DNA of 64,000 nt from Epiperipatus broadwayi (taxonomy: Eukaryota > Animalia > Onychophora), in the NCBI GenBank assembly GCA_028023455.1, contig JAQFVV010000007.1:682001-746000 (forward strand), given 5' to 3'. This document shows, piece by piece, positions 39,541-51,422 of the stretch. Each line of letters starts with the position of its first letter. Position 1 is the stretch's first letter. The notes under the pieces were generated by a model that saw nothing but the letters and a program-made list of their open reading frames with translations, was not told where the DNA came from and made no database searches. A program made the position numbers and the translations under genes.

Positions 39541-42038
39541 TACTACTACTACTACTAATAATACTACTAGTACTGCTGCTGCCACTGCCACTGCTGCTGC
39601 CACTGCTGCTGTCACTGCTATTGCTACTGCTACTACTACTATTACTACAACTACTGCTACTACTACTACTGCTACTGCTACTGTCACTGCTACTGCTAAT
39701 ACTACTGCTACTTATGCTACTGCTGCTATTGCTGATTCTGCTTCTGCTGCTACTGCTGCTGCTGCTGCTATGACTGCTACTGCTACTGCTATTACTACTA
39801 CTACTACTACTACCACTACCACTATCTCTACTTTTACTCCTACTGTTACTCCTACTCCTACTCCAACTTCTCCTCTTACTCCTACTACTTCTTCTACTCC
39901 TACTACTACTCCTACTCCTAATTCTACTGCTACTCCTACTACTACTACTCCTACTCCTACTCCTACTTCTACTCCCACTATTACTACTACTACTACTACA
40001 ACTACTACTACTACAACTACTACTACTAATACTACTTCTACTACTACTGCTACTGCAACTGCTACTGCTACTGCTAATGCTACTACTACTGCTACTATTG
40101 CTACTGCTGCTACTGCCACTACTGCTGCTGCTGCTACTGCTGCTATGGCTACTGCTTCTGCTGCTGCTACTGCTACTGCTACTACTACTTCTACTACTGC
40201 TACTGCTGCTACTTCTGCTACTGCTGCAAATGCGGCTACTGCTGCTGCTGCTTCTGCTACTGCTACTGCTACTGCTACTACCACTACCCCTACCTTCACC
40301 CTTACTCCTATTCCTACTCTTACTCTTAGACCTACTCCTACTTCTACTCCTACTGTTACTCCTACTCCTACTACTCCTACTCCTACTCTTACTCTTCCTA
40401 CTCCATTCCTCCTACTCCTATTCCTATCCTACACCTACTCTTACTTTTCCTATTCTCAATTCTACTCCTACTACTACTACTACTACTACTACTATTACTA
40501 ATACTTCTACTGCTACTGCTACTGCTGCAACTGCTGCTACTGCTGCTACTGCTGCTGCTGCTGCTGTTGCTACTGCTACTGTTACTGCTATTGCTACTTC
40601 TACTATGACTACTACTATACCACTACCACTACCACAACCACTACCACTATCTTTAATTCTACCCCTACTCCTACTCCTAATCTTACACCTACTCCTAATC
40701 CTACTTCTACTCCTACTGTTACTCCTACCCCTTCTCCTACTCTTACTCATCCTCCTCCATTCCTCCTACTCCTCCTCCTACTATTCCTACTACTACTACT
40801 ACTACTCCTACTCCTAATTCTACTCCTACTATTACTACTACTACTACTGCTACTGCTGCTGCTACTGCTACTACTACTGCTGCTGCTGCTACTGCTACTA
40901 CTAATAATACTGCTACTGCTACTGCTGCTGCTGCTGCTACTGTTGCTACTGCTGTTACTGCTGCTGCTGCTACTGCTACTGCTACTATGACTACTACCAC
41001 TACCACTACCCCTATCCCTACTCCTACTCCTTCTCCTCTTCCTACTCCTACTCCTCTTCCTCCTCCATTCCTCCTACTCCTACTACTACTCATACTCCTA
41101 ATCTTACTTTTATTCCTATTCCTCCTACTACTACTCCTACTCCTACTACTACTACTCCTACTTCTACTATTACTACTACTACTACTACCACTGCTACTGC
41201 TATTTCTACTGCTACTACTGCTGCTGCTACTGCTACTGCTACTACTATTACTACCACTACCACTACTACTACCCCTATCCCTACTTCTACTCCTCTTCTA
41301 CTCCTACTCCTTTTCCTGCTCCATTCCTCCTACTCCTACTCCTACTACTACTCATACTCCTAATCTTACTTTTATTCCTACTCCTACTACTACTACTATT
41401 CCTACTACTACTCCTACTACTTCTACTTCTACTACTACTACTACTATTACTACCACTGCTACTGCTACTGCTATTGCTACTGCTACTGCTACTGCTACTA
41501 CTGCTTCTGCTGCTGCTACTACTGCTGCTGCTGCTGCTACTGCTACTGCTACTATTACACTACTACCACTACCCCTACCCCTAACCCTATTGCTACTTTT
41601 ACTCCTACTTTTACTCCTACTCCTACTCTTTCTATTCCTACTCCTCCTCCTCCATTCCTCCTACTCCTACTCCTACTCCTACTACTACTCCTACTCCTAC
41701 TCCTACTCCTACTACTACTCCTACCCCTACTTCTACTGTTACTCCTACTTTTACTCCTACTCCTACTTCTACTCCTCCTCCTCCATTCCTCCTACTCCTA
41801 CTCCTACTACTACTCATACTCCTACTCCTACTACTACTACTACTACTACTACTACTGCTACTCCTACTACTACTACTACCACTACTACCTCTACTACCTC
41901 TTTTACTACTACTACTACTCCTACTACTACTACTACTTCTACTACTACTACTACTACTTCTACTACTACTACTACTATTTCTACTACTACTACTACTTCT
42001 ACTACTACTACTACTACTACTACCTCTACTACTACTAG
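39541..42038. repeat. Tract 6: ~2.5-kb modular (TAC/TGC/TCC)n tract
   Basis: Six CTCCATTCC modules at ~40401, 40756, 41064, 41321, 41651 and 41781. Confidence 0.97.
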
Positions 42039-42295
42039 TTTTAAAACAGCTTTATTAAGTAAAAATGTTGTCATACATAGTGGAAAAAAAAGGTAACTTA
42101 CATTGTTTCATCAGTTACATTGCATTTTACAGTGAGATAACAAGCATTAAAGTGGGAAACAGTCAGTTAATGGGCATGTTTTATGACAATGAAAAAAAAA
42201 CCGCAAAAAAAGGTAACAAAATCAAAAAAAAAAAATTAATAAATAAAGTTCTTCTTCAGGTAATGTTTTCTCCATATGTAATTGTGGGATTGTGA

Positions 42296-45200
42296 TTAGG
42301 TTGTCGGCATCTGAATTGATTTCCAAGTATCTGTGAATAGTCCAACAGGGGCAAGTAATTGGTCCCTCTTCTTTATTGCTTGTAGTTTATATAGGTAAAT
42401 TGTACTGTATTTGCGAGAAGTGGGGTTGAAAACAAAATGACAGCGCACAAACCAGAGTGTGAAAAAAAGGTATGTGTGTATTCTGATTGAGGTAAAATTA
42501 CCTGCCTGTATTGCATTAATTAACAACAATAGTATGGTATCATTACTCCCTGTGAGTGTTGTAATTAGTTCTCTATAAATGTTAAGAGCATGACAGTCAG
42601 TGATAATATGATTAATGGTCTCCTCATCCCTATGACAAAGCACACATATTGGATTGAGGTTGGCATTTTTCATTCTTGTTGTCAGAAAATAATTTGTTGG
42701 TAAGGCATCAAGATTAATCTTTACTAAAAAGTCAAGATATTTTGGTTCTAGGTGCCAATATTTGAATTTTTTATAAGTGTCTTATTTGATATTGAAAGAC
42801 TACTGCTATGGTAATGAGTGGTAGAGTTTGCATTTATAATTTGATATGCATCCCAGTATTTTATTTTATTTGCTGTTTGATCATTCTGCTTATTGTACAT
42901 ATTTATTAAAACCAAAAGGTTATGTATGAATTTGTTATTAGTGGGTGTAGGTGTATCTGTTGGAACTATTGGAAGGAAGACTTCACCAAACTCAAAGTTG
43001 GTTATAAGTTTTTGAATAGTGTTATATGCCTTTTGAAAAAAAAATGTAGTAATGCTGTGCAGTGAAAGGCCGTTATCTTTGGAATGTTTTTGTAGCTTGT
43101 TGATACTAATTGATACAGTTTTTTTGTTCCAAATTAACTGTGTGCACAAAGAATTGATCTTGCGAATAAATGAGTTGGTGAATTTAATAATTGGAACATA
43201 ATAATTAATTTTAGGAAAAATTAACATATTGATCAAAGAAATTTTACTATGAATTGATAAATAAGCTTTAGTTAAAGAATTGATTAATTTATTGATTGAA
43301 TTTAGTAAGTTATTTTGTATTAAAATTCTTGCTTGATTTGTAGAAAGGTGGAAAGGTATTCCAAGAAAAGGGTGGGGTGGGTGAGAGTTTATTGTCTTAG
43401 TTGGTGAGCCTGTGAGTAGGGACCACACAGCCATTTTTTCCTGATTAAATTTTAATTGATATTGTGTTGAATATTTTTCTAATATTTTATGTAAATCTGG
43501 TAACAATTGTTTTGAGGGGAGGAGGACTATTACATCATCCATGTAGGTGAGATGCTTAATTGTTTGTCTAAGTGTATGGGAGTACACACCCGGGAGCTTT
43601 GCTTCTATTTCTGCAAGAAGTGGATTAATAAATGTGATAAATAGAAGCGAGCTGAGTGGAGAGCCCTGTGGTATAGAATTATGTGGAATGAAAGAAGGTG
43701 ATATTTTTTCATTGAGGGTAATATGTAGGCTTCTATTTATTAATAAGTTAGCCAGTATATACATTATTGGTGTTGGAATATTGTATTTGCCTATTAAACA
43801 CAGAAGGCTATCAACTGGCACAGAGTCAAATGCGGCTTCTATGTCTAGCTGAACTGCCACTGGTGCTGCCTTTCTTTTGGTTTTAATATCTTCCTGTATG
43901 ATTCTAAATAGCATTAGTGCTTCTTGTATGGAGTTGCCTTTTTTGGCAAATTGGAATTTAGACAGATGCGGGAGTATTAAAGACTGAATTTTGTCCTTAA
44001 TAATGGACTCAATGATTTTTATTATGAGTGGTGACATTGAAATCAGCCTTAAATTGTGAAGTGGGGATGGCTGTATGGTCTTTTTTAAAAATGGAACTAT
44101 TGAAACTGGGTATAATAGATGGATATTGTGTATCTGTTGAGACAAAAAGGTCAACATATTATATATTATAGGAATAGTGTAATAGTTAAGATGGTGATAT
44201 AGAAAAATCGGGATGGCATGAAGTCCTGGGTGTGCATGATTTGGCATGCTGCTTATTTTTGCTTCAATGTCTTTTTTGGTGATATTATGCGATTTATTTG
44301 ATATCCCAAAATAAAATTGCCCAAGATTGGGTTTAGGTCTTTGTTGAAATCGTGTTTTAAAGTGATCTAATATAGGGAGAATCATATTCTCACCTGTGAT
44401 TATCTGATCTGCCATGAGAATGGATGATGGTGTTGGGCTTCTGCCACTATATACCAGAGCCCAACGAATGTAGCCTGTCGTCCAGTTGTGGGTGTCTCTA
44501 AGATATAGTTTAGCTTTTTTAATTGATATATAGTTTGCCAGTATGAGTTGTGTGTCTTTATATTCTTGCTTAAGCTGAAGAATAGTGTTTATTGACTGTG
44601 GATTGGCTGTTGTGGAATTTAATTTGTCCCTTATCAATTCTAGTTTATTTAATGTTTTGGTGGGTGGTGGATTTCTCATTGTGTAATGTTTGATTGTAGT
44701 GGTGAGAATGTTGATATAAGTAAACCAGGCTTCTGCTGGGGCTAGAGATAAAATGTCTAATTTATTCAATTGTATATAAGTTTCTGATAATACAGCTTCT
44801 GGTGCATTGGCTTTAAGTAGAAGACGAGTAGTGTTGGATAATGAAAGGATTGGCTGGGTATATGTAGGTAGGCTGATTTCAACTTTTAGAGCATTATGGT
44901 CTGAGAAAGGGACTGGATGAAGTGAAGGTTTTATTTGAAAGTGGAGTTCAGGTGAATAAAAGAGTAAATCTATTAATGTTGAATGTTGTCTATTGTAAAA
45001 TGAAATTGTGTTTGAAGGAAAGAAACCATCTGCACTCTTCAGTTTCTTGTTAATATATTGCAAATATTTTCTTATGAAAGACTCATATGTCATGTTGAAA
45101 TCACCTAGTATTATTGTAGGGTATGGGTTTGTAGATAGGTGTAGGTTAATGGTGTTGATCAGTTGATGAATTAGTGTAGATTTATTATATAAGTACAGTG

Positions 45201-45525
45201 ATATAATGTTCAGTTTAAAATCTTTATTATGAAGTGACAATATTATCATATGCTGGTCACAGTATAATATTTTAAAGGATTGGATTGGAGAGGTGTGATG
45301 AATCAAAAAGCCAACTCCTGCCGCTGATTAGTTGGAAATTGAGAACTTGTTATAGCCAAATTTGTTCAAGTAATGGTCTGGCTTAAAGCTGGAGTTAACA
45401 GAATATTTAGTCTCAGTGAAAAAAAGCAAATGAGAAGGTGAATGTGTAAACCAATCTGTAATTGCATGCATTCTTTTTGTGGAATTGATTCCCCTCACAT
45501 TGACTGTCGTGATTATTATTTTCAT
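42296..45525 (-). pseudogene. Element A ORF2 (APE endonuclease, reverse transcriptase, CCHC zinc finger) with one in-frame stop and one frameshift
   Basis: NVRGIN, FTETK, GDFN, LID and SDH (APE); QLDIEAAFDSV, PQGSPLS and YMDD (RT); CVLCHRDEETINHIITDC. TAA at 45328-45330; a single missing A in an A-run near 42770. Confidence 0.95.
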
Positions 45526-45787
45526 TTTCTAGTTAAAGTGGGGTGTGTGAATTAGTGTTCAAACCTCTTGCGGCAAAATGGTTCGATTGTCAATACTTGC
45601 ATCTGCAGCTAATGATGTATTTACAGTACTAGTGGTAGCCAATTGCTTCTTTTTTCTCGGTTTCCTGCGGTGGATGTCCACTCCTGCAGTGTAATCGAGC
45701 TGTTGTGCTATATGTTCTGATTTTCCTGTGGGGTGTTGTCTTGTCCAATACGGTTCCTGTGGTGAAGCTGTTGAGTTGACATTCTGT

Positions 45788-47605
45788 CTATTTGATTTGT
45801 TTCTTCTTGACTGGTTTACAAGAGTCTGTTAAGCTGTCAGAAGATTCTGCTGTTTCCGTGGTATCCATTTGAGTCATAATATGGTGTGAATGTTTATTGA
45901 TTTCAGTTTGTTGTTCATTTTTGTTTATTTTTTTAAGCTCAGTTGTTTGTTGTATTTTGTGGTTGCTGGGCTCTTCATCACTATAATAAGAGGAGGCCAC
46001 TTCTATTTCTTGTTCATCATTTGAATCTGGTGTGGAATTAGCTGTGTTTAAGCTACTTGTTATTTGCGTCTGTGTGTTGTCTAGAGGAGATACGATAGGT
46101 ATATTATCTGGGTTTAATAAACTTGGCGATTGTGTTTGTGTGTTATTTAAAGAAGGTGGGATGGGCATTTGTTCTTCACTTGTCTTGATAGTTTTATCCC
46201 TGACTGAGGGCAATGTTTTAGAAAGAACTGGACATCTGTGCCTTTCACTTGATTTGAGGCCACAATTATCACATATTCTTTTAGGACAGTCTCTTATCAC
46301 GTGTGTGCGCTGTTTACAGGAAAAACACTGAGGAGGTGTGCCTCTAAAGGTAATAACAAGCGGTAATTTACCTGTGGGGAATACTGTTGGTATGTCTAAT
46401 GCAGTCACATTTTTATTTAATTGTATATTAAATGTGACTGCATTCATTCTAATTGGAATTGGTGTTTTTTTTTCCATTAAAAAATTAAAATTTGTTATTT
46501 TTCCATAGTTTTCCAATAGTGATTGTAAATTTGCTTCCTTAAAACCAATATGACAATTTCTAATTACGCCTTGTGTCACTAGAGCTCGCTCTAAATCGAT
46601 ATAGCAAATAATTTTGTTATTTAAAAATTTGACGTGCTTTTTAAAAATATCTTTTTGTGTCTTGTTGTGAAATTCAAAACACAAATATCTGTTATTGGGA
46701 TGGTATAGTATTTGATGGACGTAACTCCGCAAGCGTTATTTTGTCATAAAATTCATCTATTGGAAATTTAAATAATTCGGCGTCCGCATTTGTTACCGCC
46801 ATTATGAGTGATTTGTTGCTATGAAACTTTTGAACGAAGTTAATAGCGGTAGTGGAATCGTTTTATTAAAATTGTTAGTATATTGGTCATATAATTCTTG
46901 CGTAATATAATGAAGTGGATCTTGGTGTGTATTGTTGTGATATTGTTGATCCTCAGTATCTTTATCGATTCCCATAAGCTCTGCAAAAGACTCGGCGTCT
47001 GGCTGAATGTAATCCATCGACACTTGAAGATCGGCCTTTATAGCTCTAGCATATGTATTGTTATTATTTGTGCATGAATTTTTATTATTGCGGTAGTCTT
47101 TTGATTTTTCTCTAGTATTCTGATGGAGTAGAGGTGAATCTACTGAATAAGAGCTTTGAGATGCACTTCTATCCAATGGTGGGGAATTGGTAGAGTATGC
47201 TTCGGGCTCTTTTAGGTACGTTGTATTTATTTTGTCTAATTTTTCATAACTTTCCGATTGCAAATATAATGTTGTATTTATTTTCTCGGTGTTTTTATTT
47301 GCATTATTGGAATAATTTTTATTTGATATTCGGGTTGGAGATATGGTTTTCCTTCCCAAGGGCAGAAAATTAACATTGTTAATCTCAGGCCTTCGAATGC
47401 ATGTTTCCGCTTTATCGGTATTTTTCCCCGATAATTTTTCTTTCATAATATGTGATTCAAATGCTGAATCAATATTTTGATCACTAGTATTTTGATCTGG
47501 ATTGTCTGATTCTATTATTATTGAACTATTGTTAGCTTGAATGAATGTCTGATTTTATTTTTGATACTCGGCAGTCCTCCCATTTGTATTGAACGCATCG
47601 GCCAT
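45788..47605 (-). pseudogene. Element A ORF1 (gag-like, zinc knuckle), disrupted
   Basis: ATG at 47605 is in frame with ORF 46802..47446 across a TAA at 47555-47557; two frameshifts at ~46730-46815 judged against element B; CFSCKQRTHVIRDC (CX2CX4HX4C) plus CDNC...HRC. Confidence 0.9.
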
Positions 47606-47624
47606 TTTACAATCTTACAAATGG

Positions 47625-47655
47625 CTACCTCTACTACTACTACTACTACTACTAG
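47625..47655. repeat. Tract 7: short (TAC)n between A and B, including the target-site duplication
   Basis: ctacctctactactac...actag. Confidence 0.95.
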
Positions 47656-47859
47656 TTTTAAAGAACTTTTTGATATCATAAGTACATGTATAAAAATACA
47701 ATTTTAACACATGTTACAAAAGCTGATCTACAATTTAGAATTGAAAATTATTAACAAAATAAGTATTATATATACATGAAATATTTTTACATTAATAATG
47801 TTGAAAAAATGAGGGAAAAAATTAACCAATATAAGTAACAATATTGAATACATATATGA

Positions 47860-50800
47860 CAACAAAACCTCTCACTTAAGGTGCAGCCAATATGTGATTC
47901 ATATTTCAAACTCCAAGTAGCTGATACTATATCTATTGGAGCTAGTGCCTGATCTTTTATTTTAATTTTTGTTAACTTATTGAGAAAGAGTGATTTTAGT
48001 TTACAAGATGTTGGATTGAATATAAAGTGGCATCTCATAAACCAGAGTGTGTATAGTATAAAGATTGTTATTCTTATTGTTGGAAACTTCCCTCTTTGAA
48101 TATTTTTTATCAATATTGTCAATGAGAATTTTTGATTATGGGTTATATCTGCAATTAGTTCTCGATATGTTTTGAGGAAAGTACACTGAGAAATAAAATG
48201 TTCTGTTGTTTCTTCTTCTTTATTACATAGTTGACAAATGGCATCTATGTTTGGAGATCTCCATCTTCCAGCCAGAAAAGCATTGGTAGGTAAAGCTCCA
48301 AGGTCGACTTTTATTAGAAAATCTAAGTACTTAGGCTCCAAATACCAGAATTTAAATTTTTGGATTAAAGATTTATTCGAAATATTAATTAAGCTAATGG
48401 GAATTTCAAGGGGATTGGAATCAGTTGTTATGTAATGTGCTTCCCAATATTTAATTTTAGTTGAGAAAAGGTTTGTAGCAGGTACTTTTTGTTTGAATAT
48501 TGTTTTTATTAGATTCTTAATAGATTTACTTTTAATAGGAGGTGGAATGTCTGAGGTGATATTGGAAGATACACTTGGAAATTTTCATATGTCATAAAAA
48601 GTTTTATTAATGTGTTATGTGTTTTTTGGTAATAGAATGTTGAAATGCAGTGTAATGACAGGCCATTTAGTTTTGAATGTTTTTGCAGACTTTTGATGCT
48701 TATTACCACTGCCTTATTATTCCATATGAGTTTTGTGCAAAAGGAGTTAATTTTTTTCTTAAATAAGTTAGTAAATTTAATGCTAGGTGCATAGTAATTT
48801 ATTTTTGGGAAAATTAAAATGTTAATGAATGATATTTTACTATGTAATGAATGGTATGCTTTTGAAAGTGACGTTGTCACTTTTTCAATTGCAGTTGTTA
48901 ATTGCTCTTGTATTATAATTCTCATTGCATTTATAGACAGATGAATTGGGAGTCCAAGAAATTTGTGGGGAGGGGAACTGCAAACTAAATGAATTTGTTT
49001 ACCAGAAAGGATACTCCAAATAGATGTTTTTTCTTTGTTAAATTTTAGACTATAAGCTTCAGAGTAATTTTCTAAAATGGTATACATTAAAGGCAAATGT
49101 TCTTTGGATGGCAAAAAGATGACTATATCATCCATGTATGAAATATGATTGATGGATTGGTTTATGAGGGGTACATATATTCCTGGAAATTTAGATTCTA
49201 GTTCTAGTAGGAGGAGGTTAATATATGTAATAAAAACAATGAACTAAGGGGAGAGCCTTGTGGTATTGAATTGTGTGGAGTAATGTCAAGGGACAATTTT
49301 CCATTAAGAGTAATGTCTATTTTTCTATTGATGAGCAGGTTTTTCAGAACATACATTATAGGTATTGAAATTTTATGTTGACTAAGCACCTGTAGTAACT
49401 TGTCCACAAGTACTGAATCAAATGAAGCCTTATGTCTAATTGAATTGCAATAGGTGTAGATTTTCTTGCCTGTCTTACATCCTCTATTAATATTTTACAT
49501 AACATAAGTGCTTCAGAAGTAGAACATCTTTTTTTAGCAAACTGAAACTTAGACAACCCAGGAAGTATTAGGGGTTGAATTTTGTCTTTTAAAACAGACT
49601 CTATTAGTTTGATGATAAGAGCAGACATTGAAATAGGGCATAGATTATCTAGAGGAGAAGGAAGTGTATTGGAAGTGCATTTGTTTTAGAAAAGGGACCA
49701 GTGATACTGGATAAATTTGGTCAATGTTATGTATTTGTTTTGATAGATAATTTATCATATTGTGTACTATTGGGATAGTAAAGTGGCTAAGATGCGATAA
49801 TAAAAATTTTGGAATATCATGTGTACCTGGGTGTGTATTGTTTGGAAAGGAGTTCAACTTGAGAGCAATTTCATACTTTGTTATGTTATGTTCTTCTGTG
49901 GTAAAACCAAAGTGAAATGAAGAGAGTTTTGGAATAGGAAATTTTTGGAGTCTAGCTTTAAAGTGGTAATATATTTGTGGTGTCATGTCTTCCCCAGCAA
50001 TCATTTTTGAATCAAAAATAATAGATGAAGGCATTTATTTTTTGGGAGTATAACCTAAGGCCCTCTGAATATATCCTTTAGACCAGTTATGAGGATTAGC
50101 TAGAAAAATTTTTGCTTTTTTTGTAGAAAGATAATCAGCCAGTATGAGTTGGGTTTGTTTGTATTCTTGTTTTAAAAACATTATTGATTTAATTGAAGAA
50201 GGGTCACATGAAATATTTTTTAGTTTTAAGTGTATTGTATCTAATTTATTAACAAGATTATTGGGAGAACTATTTTTGGAAGTATACTGTCGAATAGTTG
50301 AAGAGATTATGTTAATAAATGATAGCCAGGCCTCTACTGGGTTTAAAGATAGTATTTCTACCTTTTTTAAAATAAATATAAATCTCAGAGAGAACTGCTT
50401 CAGGTGTAGTGGATTTTAATAGAAGACGAGTAGTTTTATTTAGAGAAAAAATTGGTTGAAGTTGCATGTGTATTGCAAGTTCCACATTCAGTGCTAAATG
50501 ATCAGAGAAAGTTACAGGACATAGGGGGAAACTTATAATGAAATGTAGATCTGGTGAATATAATACAAGGTCTATTAGAGAGGAGTGTTTTTAGTATAGA
50601 ATGAAATGGAGCTAGTTGAAAAAAAACCTTCAGCATTCATGAGATTCTTATTAATTAAATGAAGGTACTTTAATGTAAAATTCTTATAAGATATGTTAAA
50701 ATCACCCATGATTATAGTTGGGTAAGAATTTGTAGCTAATATTAAATTTATTTTATTTATTAATTGGTGAATTAACACTGGCTGATTATATAAATAGAAA

Positions 50801-51126
50801 GTTATTAAATTTAGAGTAAAAGAAGAATGATAGAGAATAATTAGACTCATATGCTGATCTAAGTATAAAATATTAAATGTTTGAAAAGGAGAATGATGAT
50901 GGATGAGAATCCCTACCCCAGCAGCAGCAATATCAGATGTTGAAAATTTACTGTATCCAAATTTACTAAAATAGAGTTCTGGATTAAATGTAGAATGTAC
51001 TGAGCATTTTGTCTCTGTAAATAAAAGGATATGGGGTGAGAATTGCCTTATCCAATTGCTAATTGCATATATTCGCTGGGTAGAGTTAATACCCCTTACA
51101 TTGACTGCTGTAATAAAAAGGCCCAT
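47860..51126 (-). pseudogene. Element B ORF2, fragmented
   Basis: ORFs 50575..51126, 49645..50034, 49356..49628, 49204..49407, 48509..49135 and 47787..48341 are successive homologs of element A ORF2. Confidence 0.92.
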
Positions 51127-51422
51127 ATTGTCAATTATATAAAATGGTGGGGAAAAGATATTTTATAGTCTATTATATAATGAATGGGACAACTATTATT
51201 AGTAAAAGTGTAGTAGGAATATGTTATATAGAAAACAAAAATTATAATAATACACCACTGTGAAAACAATGAAACTACCTTTGTAAGTAAAGTTCTATTG
51301 AGTTGGTTGTGCACATTTTTGTTCATAAACATGATAATAATTTTTACATTTGGGGTTAAAACCAAAAACTTATCCTGGTTTGAAAGTCTATAATTGTTAT
51401 TTATGTAACTCATCTTCATAGT

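Larger units (their letters stand above)
42039..47624 (-). mobile_element. Element A: full-length, nearly intact L1/Tx1-like non-LTR retrotransposon in (TAG)n
   Basis: ORF1 with CCHC knuckle; ORF2 with APE, RT and zinc finger; 3' AATAAA-N13-(TAG)n; CTACCTCTACTACTACTA duplicated at 42020-42037 and 47625-47642. Confidence 0.95.

Noticed and set aside
32198-42096. Long Thr/Ala/Pro mucin-like, poly-Leu, poly-Val and poly-Ser ORFs (e.g. 39500..40501, 40987..42096, 35909..36694)
   Set aside because: They are by-products of (TAC/TGC/TCC)n, which lacks stops in several frames. ORFs overlap in multiple frames, change composition at phase shifts, and their MASMF starts are antisense LINE sequence.
45328-45330. 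Programmed read-through of the TAA in element A ORF2
   Set aside because: Element B has a sense codon at the aligned position, so a simple nonsense mutation or sequencing error is more likely.
43547-46331. Plus-strand ORFs 43547..43852 and 46032..46331 (also 11659..11934, 50144..50419, 51717..52013)
   Set aside because: Antisense shadows of retrotransposon coding regions.
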